NCBI GenBank assembly: GCA_903829815.1
Contig: CAIKRR010000030.1
Coordinates: 25,730-89,729 of the forward strand
DNA: 64,000 nt
From: an uncultured Pseudomonadota bacterium
Lineage (GTDB): Bacteria; Pseudomonadota; Gammaproteobacteria; Burkholderiales; SG8-39
Direction of reading: 5' to 3'
A program made the position numbers and the translations under genes. Each line of letters opens with the position of its first letter. Within the stretch, counting starts at the first letter, position 1. This document shows, piece after piece, positions 20,278-29,169 of the stretch. The notes under the pieces are model-generated. The model did not search any database. It was not told the DNA's origin and saw only the letters and a program-made list of their open reading frames with translations.

Positions 20278-21021
20278 ATGTCCGATACCGAATCGCAGCC
20301 ATCCGACGCGACGCTCGCCCATGCGACAGCGAGCATGGCGATCGGTATCCACGCGCCACTGCGCGTTCGCGCCGGTTTTGACGTGCCGTTCGAACCCTTT
20401 GCCTTCGTGCGCGACGGAGTGCCCGAGGGCATGATGATCGAGCTGGTGCGCGCACTCATCGAGCGCACCGGGCGCACCTGCGAGATGGTGCCGATGCACC
20501 TCCCCGATTGCGAACCCGCGCTCGAGGCAGGCCGGGTCGATGCCCTCGCCTTCAAGGGCGTGACGACCGAGCGCCTGGCGCGCATGGACTTCTCCGACCC
20601 GCTGATCGTGTCTGGTGGGGCCACCTTCACCCGGCCCGGGCTCAGGCCCTCGACGCGTCTGGCCGACTTTCATGGGGCGCGGGCCATCACGACACGCGAC
20701 GGGCCGTTCTGGCGTCTGCTCGAACGCGAGCATCCGGCCATCGCGCTCAGCCACGGCGAGACCTACGAAGCCTGCCTCGATGCTGTCGTGGCCGGTGAGG
20801 CCGATCTTGCGGTGCTGAACCTGCAGGCGGGCGCCTGGATCGCACGCCAGGCCCACCCGGGACGTTTCGAGTTGCCTACCGCGCCATGCTCACCGCTCAC
20901 CGTGGCTTTCTGCACGGTGAAAGGCCGCCACCCGGCCCTGCTGCACGACATCAACCGGGCACTGGCTGCCGCGCGTGCCGATGGCACCTGGCAGGCCATC
21001 CACGACCGCTGGCTCGCTTAG
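20278..21021 (+). CDS. Family-3 (PBPb) substrate-binding domain protein without an evident signal peptide
   Basis: FEPFAF, GRVDALA, TTERLARMDFSDP, INRALAAARADGTWQAIHDRWL. Confidence 0.8.
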   Translation: MSDTESQPSDATLAHATASMAIGIHAPLRVRAGFDVPFEPFAFVRDGVPEGMMIELVRALIERTGRTCEMVPMHLPDCEPALEAGRVDALAFKGVTTERLARMDFSDPLIVSGGATFTRPGLRPSTRLADFHGARAITTRDGPFWRLLEREHPAIALSHGETYEACLDAVVAGEADLAVLNLQAGAWIARQAHPGRFELPTAPCSPLTVAFCTVKGRHPALLHDINRALAAARADGTWQAIHDRWLA

Positions 21022-21051
21022 GCTGGTTCACGCTCGCCCAGGGCAGGCCCG

Positions 21052-22260
21052 CTACGCGCCCGCGTCGGGCCTGCGCGCAGGGCTTGTCTGCCCCGGCAAA
21101 GCTGCCTCCAGGGTGGCAAGGAGGGCGCTACGGCGAATGCCCGTGGTAATGATGACCAGCCGATTGTCGGCATCCGGACTGCCCGGGGACGCTGCCTCAG
21201 CTTCGGGGGGTACCGGAACCGGGAGAGGCTGTGGCGACGAACAGACGCCTGCGGCCACTTGAAAGACGATGGGACCAGAATCGCAGACGATGATCCCTTT
21301 GACTCGCAGGATGTCGTCGCCGTGCACCGCCACGAGCGCTTCGAGAGCCTGCATGACACGCTCAGCTGCCACGCCCTCGGCGATCTGCACGATGAAGGTA
21401 TCGATGGCCGCGTGGGCCAGCGCACGCCCGGTCGTCACCGGCCCGATCGGCCGCCCGATGCGGGGCGCGTCATCAGCGCCATCGATCGCAGGTTCGAGGG
21501 GCGGAACCATGCCGCCTTCTCTTGTCCGGATCGGCATCCCACTCGCGGATCGTTCGACGGATGACTCTGAAAAATCAACTTCTTCTGAAAAAAAACAGCT
21601 ATCGGCCGGCATCTTCCAGAAATGAACCCCTATTGAAGCCGTGGCATTCAACGACCGCAAGCGCTCTCGCAGCGCTTCAACGACCCCAGGTGCCGCAAGA
21701 TCGGTGCGGGTTATCAGCAGGCGATCGGCAAACACGGCCTGAGCGCGACACTCGGGATGCCGCTCGAGTTGCCGCATGCCCGCCTGCGCATCGATCGTGC
21801 AGAGTACGGCCGCAAGGCGGTAGCGCTCGGCAACGATGCCCTCACCGTCGATCGTTTCAATCAGCGGCAAGGGATGCGCAAGACCCGTGGTTTCGATCAC
21901 GACCCGCTCGAAACGGGGAATGCGGCGCTCGAGCCGTGCCCAATACAGATCCTCCAGGGCAGCCGCAAGATCACCACGCACGTTGCAGCATACGCACCCC
22001 CCCGCGATCACCATGGGTGCGGTGGTGGCAAGACCACCCACCAGACGTTGATCGACCCCGACCGCGCCGACCTCGTTGATGAGAAGCGCCGTATTGACGA
22101 GCACGGGCGGTGTGGGCTGATCGAACGGCAACCCATCCGGGCTGGTGGCGGATTGCCCGAGCGCACCGGCCAGCAGGGTGGTCTTGCCACTCCCCAGGAA
22201 CCCGGTGAGGATCATCACCGGGATGCGCGTGTGGGGTGGCCGGGATGCTTTCGTGCTCAG
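21052..22260 (-). CDS. CobW/COG0523 family G3E GTPase metallochaperone
   Basis: IPVMILTGFLGSGKTT, INEVG, GGCVCC, IETTG, LRVKG; first ATG/GTG is at 22218, probable true start is CTG 22260. Confidence 0.88.
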   Translation of the reverse strand: MSTKASRPPHTRIPVMILTGFLGSGKTTLLAGALGQSATSPDGLPFDQPTPPVLVNTALLINEVGAVGVDQRLVGGLATTAPMVIAGGCVCCNVRGDLAAALEDLYWARLERRIPRFERVVIETTGLAHPLPLIETIDGEGIVAERYRLAAVLCTIDAQAGMRQLERHPECRAQAVFADRLLITRTDLAAPGVVEALRERLRSLNATASIGVHFWKMPADSCFFSEEVDFSESSVERSASGMPIRTREGGMVPPLEPAIDGADDAPRIGRPIGPVTTGRALAHAAIDTFIVQIAEGVAAERVMQALEALVAVHGDDILRVKGIIVCDSGPIVFQVAAGVCSSPQPLPVPVPPEAEAASPGSPDADNRLVIITTGIRRSALLATLEAALPGQTSPARRPDAGA

Positions 22261-22394
22261 ACTGGCTCGCGAATGAGACGTGCAGCCGGCATGCTCACGT
22301 GCGCGCCCAGGACGTAGTGCACGACCGGTGCGTAAAGCAGGTTGCCGGCGACGACTCGGCGGGAGAGTCCGGGCGGAAAGACGTTCTGACGCAT
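22257..22394 (-). pseudogene. 45-aa ORF; possible N-terminal remnant of a RidA/YjgF-family gene
   Basis: MRQNVFPPGLSRRVVAGNLLYAPVV resembles the N-terminus of one RidA subgroup (from memory, not searched); fills the gap between adh and cobW. Confidence 0.35.
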
Positions 22395-22404
22395 GATGGG
22401 TCTC

Positions 22405-23532
22405 TCAGCCTCGCCAGGGGTCGATGCAGCAGTGAATCGCATCAGGATCGCCCTCGCCCCCCACGGTGCGCAGCGCCCGGTCGACCTCGCTCAGACCGTA
22501 GGTATGGGTGCACAGTTCGTGCAGCGGATGACGCCCGCTCGCGATGAGCCCCAGCGCGAGTTCCACCGACTGGTAGCTGTGCCCGCGCATGCCCTTCACG
22601 GTGAGAAACTTGCGGATGATGAGGTCACTCTCGAACGATGGCACCGGACGCCGCTTCTGCCCGCCGAGGACCACACGACCGCTCTTGCGGGCAACGCGAA
22701 TGGCCGAGACCACGGTCTCGGGGCCACCCGAGGCGCAATCGATGACAAGGTCCACCATCAGGCCGCCGGTGATGTCGGCCACCGTCTCGAGCAGATCCTG
22801 CGATTCGATATCGATGGTGTGATGGGCACCCAGACGCCGCGCCATCGCAAAGCGGGCCTGATCGCGCGCGAGGCCCGAGACGATGATGCAGCTTGCACCG
22901 GCTTCGCGGGCGGCGACCACGCAGGCGAGGCCCTGCTGGCCGGGCCCCTGGATGAGGACCGCATCGCCAATCGAGGCACCGCCCTGCAGATAGGCCCACT
23001 CGATGCCATTGCCAAGGGGCAGCGCAAGCGCCGCCTGCTCGGCCGGCACCGCTGCCGGCACCCGATGGAAGACCGCATTGGGCGGCAAGTACTGGTACTG
23101 ACTGAACCCGCCCCAGAGGCCGGGCGACTTGGCAATACCGGTGGAACCGAACCGGATGCTGTCCGGGTTCGACAGGAGCGTGTCGGTGGCCTCGCACAGA
23201 CGAAAGTCGCTGCTGCGGCAGTACGCGCAGTGGCCACAGGGCAGGTATTCCTCGAGCGCCACTCGGTCACCTTCGGCAAGACCCCAGCGCGTTCGGGCAG
23301 CGCGGCCCAGTCGGTCGATGAAGCCCACCGATTCATGACCGAGAATCATCGGCCCCTTCACCGCAGGGTAGGTGGTGTAGTAGGGCCAGTCGCTGCCGCA
23401 CACACCCGTGAGTTCGATCTTGAGCAGGCCGGCATCGTCAGCGAGCACTGGCATGTCGAACTCGCGTACCTCGGTCATGCGGTTGGCCACCGCGACGGCC
23501 GCGCGAATTTTCGTGAGTGCCTGTTCGCTCAT
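22405..23532 (-). CDS. Zn-dependent alcohol dehydrogenase (MDR family)
   Basis: GVCGSD, LGHE, CGHCAYC..C structural Zn site, GPGQQG nucleotide-binding loop. Confidence 0.92.
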   Translation of the reverse strand: MSEQALTKIRAAVAVANRMTEVREFDMPVLADDAGLLKIELTGVCGSDWPYYTTYPAVKGPMILGHESVGFIDRLGRAARTRWGLAEGDRVALEEYLPCGHCAYCRSSDFRLCEATDTLLSNPDSIRFGSTGIAKSPGLWGGFSQYQYLPPNAVFHRVPAAVPAEQAALALPLGNGIEWAYLQGGASIGDAVLIQGPGQQGLACVVAAREAGASCIIVSGLARDQARFAMARRLGAHHTIDIESQDLLETVADITGGLMVDLVIDCASGGPETVVSAIRVARKSGRVVLGGQKRRPVPSFESDLIIRKFLTVKGMRGHSYQSVELALGLIASGRHPLHELCTHTYGLSEVDRALRTVGGEGDPDAIHCCIDPWRG

Positions 23533-23534
23533 CC

Positions 23535-24812
23535 TCAGATGCTCAGATGGGGTGTGCCGGGTGCGGCGCCGGCACGACGCACCTCGTCGGCCACATCGGA
23601 AAAGGGCATGCCGCTTGGGCGCAGGAACGAGGCCGAGCGCAGGTGATGCGTCATCGGATCGAGCGCGGGCGGTGCCTCCCCCTTCTCGAGATTGCGCGCC
23701 GCCCGCAAAAGCCGATTGCGCGCCATGATGATGCCGGTATCGGTCGAAGCGAGCGTCTCGCGGGATCGATCATGAATCGGACCACAGCTTTCCTGGAGCG
23801 AGGCATCCTGCATGGCGATACCGGGTATTCCGCTGTAATGACGGCCCGAGCGCTGCGCTGCACGATCCATGAGGTAATCATTGCCCCGGTTGGCGACCGG
23901 CCGCCAGGTGCCTGGAATCAGTTCGGCGTAGATACCCTCGCCACTTTGCATTGCCGCGTGCTCGTCAGCGGACAGGTCGCGCGTTGGATGATGGGTGAAG
24001 GTCCACACGAAGCAGTGGTGATCGTCGATCGGCACGAAGGCATGACCATGCAGGGCATGATCGCCGTAGGGCGGAATCATGTTGTAGAAGGGCATGACGA
24101 ACTGCGTGATGCGCCAGTAGTCTTCGCCCGCCTCAGCCGCACGCCGCGCACCGATGGTGAGCCCGGTGGGTGAATCCATCACTTCCATGCGCGGTTTGGT
24201 GTCGTTCTGATACCGCGCGCCCCGCGAGCCGACGCGCATCGGCTCATTGGCGAGCGCACCGCGATGCAGCCACGACACATGAGCGCCATCGATGGCACCT
24301 TCGAGCGCCTGCATCCAGTTGCTCTGCTGCAGACGCTTGCTCACATAGCGCTGGCCCGGCGGCACCATCGCCCATTCATATTCGGGCAGGGGCGGTTGCA
24401 GATCGGCAGGGCCCATATAGGTCCACACCACGCCACCACGCTCGACGCACGGATAGGCGAGCAGTCGCACCCGCGCGCAAAAAGCCGGGCTCTCCGAGGG
24501 AACCTCGAGGGCACGACCATCCACCCCATACTTCCAGCCGTGATAGGGGCACCGCAAGCCGCCCTCTTCGTTGCGCCCGAACCAGAGCGACACGCGCCGG
24601 TGAGCACAGAATTCATCGATGAGCCCCAGGTGCCCCTCGGTGTCTCGAAAGCAGATCAGCGACTCACCAAGCAGGGTCACCCGCACCGGGTCACCATCGG
24701 GTGCAGCCACCTCGTCAGAGAGCAGAAAAGGCAGCCAGTAGCGGCGCAACAAGGCCCCCATGGATGTGCTCGGCCCGGTCAGGGTCAGCGTCTGATTCTG
24801 TTCTGGGGTCAT
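23535..24812 (-). CDS. Rieske oxygenase alpha subunit (phthalate 4,5-dioxygenase / LigXa-like, alpha-only type)
   Basis: CAH..CPYHGW Rieske site; EGAIDGAHVSWLH and QDASLQE mononuclear Fe ligands. Confidence 0.9.
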   Translation of the reverse strand: MTPEQNQTLTLTGPSTSMGALLRRYWLPFLLSDEVAAPDGDPVRVTLLGESLICFRDTEGHLGLIDEFCAHRRVSLWFGRNEEGGLRCPYHGWKYGVDGRALEVPSESPAFCARVRLLAYPCVERGGVVWTYMGPADLQPPLPEYEWAMVPPGQRYVSKRLQQSNWMQALEGAIDGAHVSWLHRGALANEPMRVGSRGARYQNDTKPRMEVMDSPTGLTIGARRAAEAGEDYWRITQFVMPFYNMIPPYGDHALHGHAFVPIDDHHCFVWTFTHHPTRDLSADEHAAMQSGEGIYAELIPGTWRPVANRGNDYLMDRAAQRSGRHYSGIPGIAMQDASLQESCGPIHDRSRETLASTDTGIIMARNRLLRAARNLEKGEAPPALDPMTHHLRSASFLRPSGMPFSDVADEVRRAGAAPGTPHLSI

Positions 24813-24878
24813 TCTCGTCGGCATCCTCGAACCATGGGCAATCGCCATCCGGACAGGCAACCGTCCTCGCTCCCGATT

Positions 24879-26552
24879 CTACGCCGCAGGCGCAGGCGGC
24901 GTGCCATGGGCCGTCGGTCCGCCCAGGGGCTCGCCAAACACCGACACCCCGAGCACGACGTCGCCATGACGCAGCGGGTCGAAATGCAGGCTGAGCACCG
25001 CGTCGGTGAGCGGACTGCGATAGTCGACCGCGAACGAGCCATGAATGAGTGCCCGGCGATACATCGCACGATAATCGGCCACCTCGCCACGCGGCATGAT
25101 CTGCTCAGGCTTCATGCCCAGATCCGGTGCCACGCCGCAGACCAGCCTCACATGCTGCGCAAACCCCTCGTTCCACGTGAGCAGACCAAGATCATCCGCA
25201 TCCACCGACCAATAAAACCCGTAAGAACTTGCCATCAGGGTCTTGAGCAAGGCACGTGAGACAGCCAGCGCGCGCCGATTGTGCTTCAACTCGGTGATGT
25301 CGCGCATGATCTCTGCCGTGCCCTCCACACGACCATCGACGCCCCGCACGGCAAACAGAGACGATGCCACCCTGAGTTCCCGTCCGTCACGCGTTCGTCG
25401 GCGAGTTTCATGGCCGGTCACCGGCGCCCCCTGCGCCACCTGCTGCAACAAGCGCGCTTCGTTGCCCCGGATGTCCTGAGGCACGATGGCTCGCGCCTGC
25501 TGGCCCAGGCACTCCTGTGCCTCGAAACCAAATAACCGTTCGGCAGCCGGATTCCAGAGGGTGACCCGACCCTCGATATCACGAGCGATGATGGCGTCGC
25601 TCGCCCCATTGACGATGGCAGCGAATTGCGCCTGGCCGGCACGCAATCGGGCTCGGGTTGCCCGCAGGCGATTCATCATGAGCAGGATGACCCCCAGCCC
25701 GACACTCAGCACGGCTGTGACGGTGATGATGCCCGCGGCCTTCTCAGGGTGCTCGGCCAGCACGCCACTCACCGAACGTCCGACCACAACAACCAGCCCC
25801 TCGGCTTCAAGACTGTGGAATCCGTAGATGCGCTCGACACCGTCAGTCTGCGATCTGCGCCTGTAATAACCGCTCGAAACCGCGTTCGGACCCTGGAACG
25901 GCGTGCCACTGAGTTGACGCCCGTAGGCCATGTCACCGCCTGAGCGCGCCAGGATGACCCCGCGCGTATTGGTGACCGCGATCACGTCGTCGCCCACCAT
26001 GGCCAGTCGCTTGCCATAAGCCGCGAAGGTGTCCGGGCTGACCGATATGACGATCACGGCGGCGACACCCCGACTGTCGAAGATCGGACGCGAGAACTGG
26101 ATCGACCACTTGCCCGATACCTTGCCTTTCACGGGCTCGCTGATGAAGAGGCGATCGCCTGACGCGAAATGGGCACGAAAGTGTTCGCGATCACCCAGCC
26201 AGACTCGTTCGTCCCTCGCGGCCAGATTGCTGGTGACCAGGTATCCGTCGGCACCAATCACGCCGATCTGGAAAGCCAGATCGAGCAGATCGGCCTGACG
26301 GCGTTTCGAGATCGCATCGAAATTGCGTGGCTCCAATGCCCACACCGTGCGCATCTCGAGCAGCACCGCATCAAGGCGCTTGATGATCGACAGCGCATTC
26401 TCGGCCGATGCCTGGGCCTGATAAACCGCGGCTATTTCAGCATCATGAATGCGGGCGTCGCGGTCTTGACGAACCAGCAGCCACGCGCACACCCAGAGCA
26501 GGGCAAGCCCGCCGAGAAAGACCAGCGCGTATGCAAGGTTGCGCTTGAACAT
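24879..26552 (-). CDS. Membrane sensor: TM-Cache-TM-PAS-PAS, no output domain
   Basis: DREHF..H, ISEPVKGKVSGKWSIQFSRP (Cache); ASDAII..WNPAAERLFG..RDITE (PAS); second PAS-like segment, then stop. Confidence 0.85.
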   Translation of the reverse strand: MFKRNLAYALVFLGGLALLWVCAWLLVRQDRDARIHDAEIAAVYQAQASAENALSIIKRLDAVLLEMRTVWALEPRNFDAISKRRQADLLDLAFQIGVIGADGYLVTSNLAARDERVWLGDREHFRAHFASGDRLFISEPVKGKVSGKWSIQFSRPIFDSRGVAAVIVISVSPDTFAAYGKRLAMVGDDVIAVTNTRGVILARSGGDMAYGRQLSGTPFQGPNAVSSGYYRRRSQTDGVERIYGFHSLEAEGLVVVVGRSVSGVLAEHPEKAAGIITVTAVLSVGLGVILLMMNRLRATRARLRAGQAQFAAIVNGASDAIIARDIEGRVTLWNPAAERLFGFEAQECLGQQARAIVPQDIRGNEARLLQQVAQGAPVTGHETRRRTRDGRELRVASSLFAVRGVDGRVEGTAEIMRDITELKHNRRALAVSRALLKTLMASSYGFYWSVDADDLGLLTWNEGFAQHVRLVCGVAPDLGMKPEQIMPRGEVADYRAMYRRALIHGSFAVDYRSPLTDAVLSLHFDPLRHGDVVLGVSVFGEPLGGPTAHGTPPAPAA

Positions 26553-26558
26553 GATCCG

Positions 26559-26588
26559 ATCATGGAGCCGAACATTTCATCATGTCAA
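26559..26588 (-). promoter_or_regulatory. Sigma70-type promoter TTGACA-N18-CATGAT placing the start site at or near the sensor ATG
   Basis: Consensus -35 at 26588-26583, -10 candidate at 26564-26559, ATG at 26552. Confidence 0.45.
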
Positions 26589-26855
26589 GGCACATTGCCT
26601 CATGGTGAGACGGGTTGATTCGCCACGCGATCGACAGGCGCTCGCGGTCAGGACGCTGCCTCTGATGGCCTGTGAATGGGGCGAGTTCTTCGTGCTTCGG
26701 TGCAGAACTTCCTCAGTGGTACGCTCAGCCGGTGGGCCATCTGTTCCCGGTCCTCGCCAATCCAGTAATCTGCGAAACGCGCGCGGCACGTTCGTCTGGG
26801 CGCGATGATCCGATTCGAGTTGCAGACACACTGGTTTTCGATGATTGTCCCGCTC

Positions 26856-27893
26856 ATGCGCAGCCTTGCCTCCACCCCCCGCGCGCTGCACGCCCCCACC
26901 TGTCACGCCGGCGCTCGGCGTACCCTTGCCTGGGCGATCGCGGCCCTGGCAAGCCTCGCCCTGCCCACCTTCACCACGGACACGGCAGCCGCTCTCGAAT
27001 ACCCGACCCGCGCAGTCACGCTCGTGGTGCCCTTCACCCCGGGCACCGGCATCGACATCATCGCGCGCACGCTCGCCCAGCGCCTCGCTCTTGCCTGGGG
27101 ACAGAGCGTGGTGGTCGACAACAAGCCGGGCGCCAGCAGCAATATCGGCACCGAGTTCGTCGCGCGGGCCGCCCCCGACGGGCATGTGCTGCTGGTCACC
27201 GCCACCAGCTTTGCAACCAATGCCGCCATCAACCGCAACCTGCGCTATGACCCTGTGAACGGCTTTGCCCCGATCGGCGTACTGGCCAACGGCACGCTCA
27301 GCCTGGTGACGAGCAACGCGCTGGCAGCGAGCACCGTGCAAGACCTGGTAGGCCTCGCGCGCCGATCGCCGGGCCAACTGAACTACGGCTCCTCGGGCAA
27401 TGGCACGCCCCAGCACCTCACCATGGAGCTCTTCAAGCTCGATGCCGGGGTGCAGCTCACCCATGTGCCCTACAAGGGCACGGCCGGTGCGATCAACGAT
27501 CTGCTGGCCGGGCGACTCGATGCCATGTTCATTCCGGTGCACACCGCACTGCCCTATATCCAGCAGAACCAGATGCGGATGCTGGCGGTGCTGGCCCCCG
27601 AGCGTCTCGCCGTCGTCGGCAAGGTCGCCACCATGAAGGAGGCGGGGTTTCCGGGGGTTCAGGTAGGAAGCTGGTACGCGATGCTGGCCCCGGCTGGCAC
27701 ACCGCCCGAGCTCATCACCCGCATCAACACCGATATCAACGCGCAGTTGAATTCAGTCGAGGTGGCAGCGACGTTCGCCCGTCAGGGGCTGGCACCGATG
27801 ACAGGCACGCCTGCCCGCCTCGCCGATCTCATTCGCACCGAACTCGCCCGCTGGCCACGCGTGGTGGCAGCAGCGGGCATACAGGCCGACTAG
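26856..27893 (+). CDS. Bug/TctC substrate-binding protein
   Basis: VVPFTPGTGID, NKPGAS, HVPYKGTAGA; start uncertain (26841 or 26856). Confidence 0.93.
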   Translation: MRSLASTPRALHAPTCHAGARRTLAWAIAALASLALPTFTTDTAAALEYPTRAVTLVVPFTPGTGIDIIARTLAQRLALAWGQSVVVDNKPGASSNIGTEFVARAAPDGHVLLVTATSFATNAAINRNLRYDPVNGFAPIGVLANGTLSLVTSNALAASTVQDLVGLARRSPGQLNYGSSGNGTPQHLTMELFKLDAGVQLTHVPYKGTAGAINDLLAGRLDAMFIPVHTALPYIQQNQMRMLAVLAPERLAVVGKVATMKEAGFPGVQVGSWYAMLAPAGTPPELITRINTDINAQLNSVEVAATFARQGLAPMTGTPARLADLIRTELARWPRVVAAAGIQAD

Positions 27894-27927
27894 GGCGCCG
27901 GCCCCGACGCCGACCAGGCCGGCCCCA

Positions 27928-28962
27928 TCAACGGTGCCGGCGCGCAGCGGCCAGTACCGCCTCGTAGTCTTCCTTCAGTTGCGCATTGGCGCCGATGATG
28001 GCCGGCAGCACCGAGGTCACGTCGTCCAGGTAGCGCTTGGCCTCAACCGGAGAAAAGACAATGCTCTGGCCGCCATTTTGTTCCCACACCTTGCGGTCCT
28101 TCTCGGCATCGTCAACGCCACGGGTGCTGAAGAGCACCTCGGCCTTGTGTGCTTCATCACGCACGATGGCCTCGAGTTCCGGGCCCAGCGACTTCATGTA
28201 GTTGCGGTTGACCAGACCTGCCGCGATGAGGAACCCGCCCGGCAGATAGGTCATGTACTTGGTGATGTCGTAGTACTTGAAGGCGGTGAAGATGCTGATC
28301 GAAGCGGTCACGCCATCGATGGTGCGGTTCTGCAGGGCTGGCAGCACCTCACCGAGCGGAATCGACAGCGGCGATGCACCGAGCTTGCGAAAGGGCTCCA
28401 TGTGCAGCGGCGTCGGGCCGGGCACCCGCAGCTTCTGCCCCTTGAAGTCGGGCAATGTGCGGATGGCCTTGTGCGACACGATGACCATGGGGCCGTTTAC
28501 CAGGGTCACCAGGGGCTCGACGCCCTTGGAAGCCCCGAAGGTGGCCAGACGCTTGCGAATCTCGGCATCCTCGAACACGCGCTCGGCGTGCTTCATGTCG
28601 TCGAACAGCCCGGGGGCATCAAACACCAGAAAGCGCGGCTCGAGACCGATGAGAAAGCCTACCGCCGGCATCGTCATCTCGACCGTGCCCAGGGCCACGC
28701 CTTCGACCGTGCGCGGAATGGGCCCGAGCTGGCTGGCCGGGTAGACCTCGACCTTGATGCGTCCGTTGGAGCGCGCCTCGACGCCGGTCTTGAACACCTT
28801 CATCCACTCGTGCGCCACATCGTTCACCGTGGGCGTCGAGAGCTTCATCGTGAACTGCTGGGCCATGGCGCCCGAGGCAGCAAATGCCACCGTGGCCATG
28901 ACAGCGACGCCAAGCGCGCGTCGAACGAGACGCCGTGCCGGCCTGCGGGTCGGGGTATTCAT
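27928..28962 (-). CDS. TRAP transporter substrate-binding protein (DctP family)
   Basis: Signal peptide; SNGRIKVEVYPASQLG, DFKGQKLR, LGASP, EVLPALQNRTIDG; AGGAG RBS. Confidence 0.92.
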   Translation of the reverse strand: MNTPTRRPARRLVRRALGVAVMATVAFAASGAMAQQFTMKLSTPTVNDVAHEWMKVFKTGVEARSNGRIKVEVYPASQLGPIPRTVEGVALGTVEMTMPAVGFLIGLEPRFLVFDAPGLFDDMKHAERVFEDAEIRKRLATFGASKGVEPLVTLVNGPMVIVSHKAIRTLPDFKGQKLRVPGPTPLHMEPFRKLGASPLSIPLGEVLPALQNRTIDGVTASISIFTAFKYYDITKYMTYLPGGFLIAAGLVNRNYMKSLGPELEAIVRDEAHKAEVLFSTRGVDDAEKDRKVWEQNGGQSIVFSPVEAKRYLDDVTSVLPAIIGANAQLKEDYEAVLAAARRHR

Positions 28963-29169
28963 CTGTGAGTGTCTCCTCGTGAATCAGGGGTTCGCGGGGC
29001 TCGTGCCCACCTGCGGCGCAGTGTCATGGCGAGGCGACGGCTTGTCAAGGCAGCGGCGTCGCAAGAGCTGTCCCGCAACGGCGGCGTCAATGCTAGGATC
29101 GCGCGCTTCGGCAGGCCGGGGCACGCAAGGCTCGGGCGAGTGCCAGGCCAGTCAAGCAGGGGAGACACG

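Noticed and set aside
26648..26899. 83-aa minus-strand ORF with the protein-like stretch RFADYWIGEDREQMAHRL
   Set aside because: No recognisable family or RBS, and it overlaps the bug start; a gene remnant cannot be supported without a search
27897..27923. GC hairpin between convergent bug and dctP (similar ones at 31294-31312 and near 53925-53941)
   Set aside because: Short stems without U-tracts, expected by chance at this GC content
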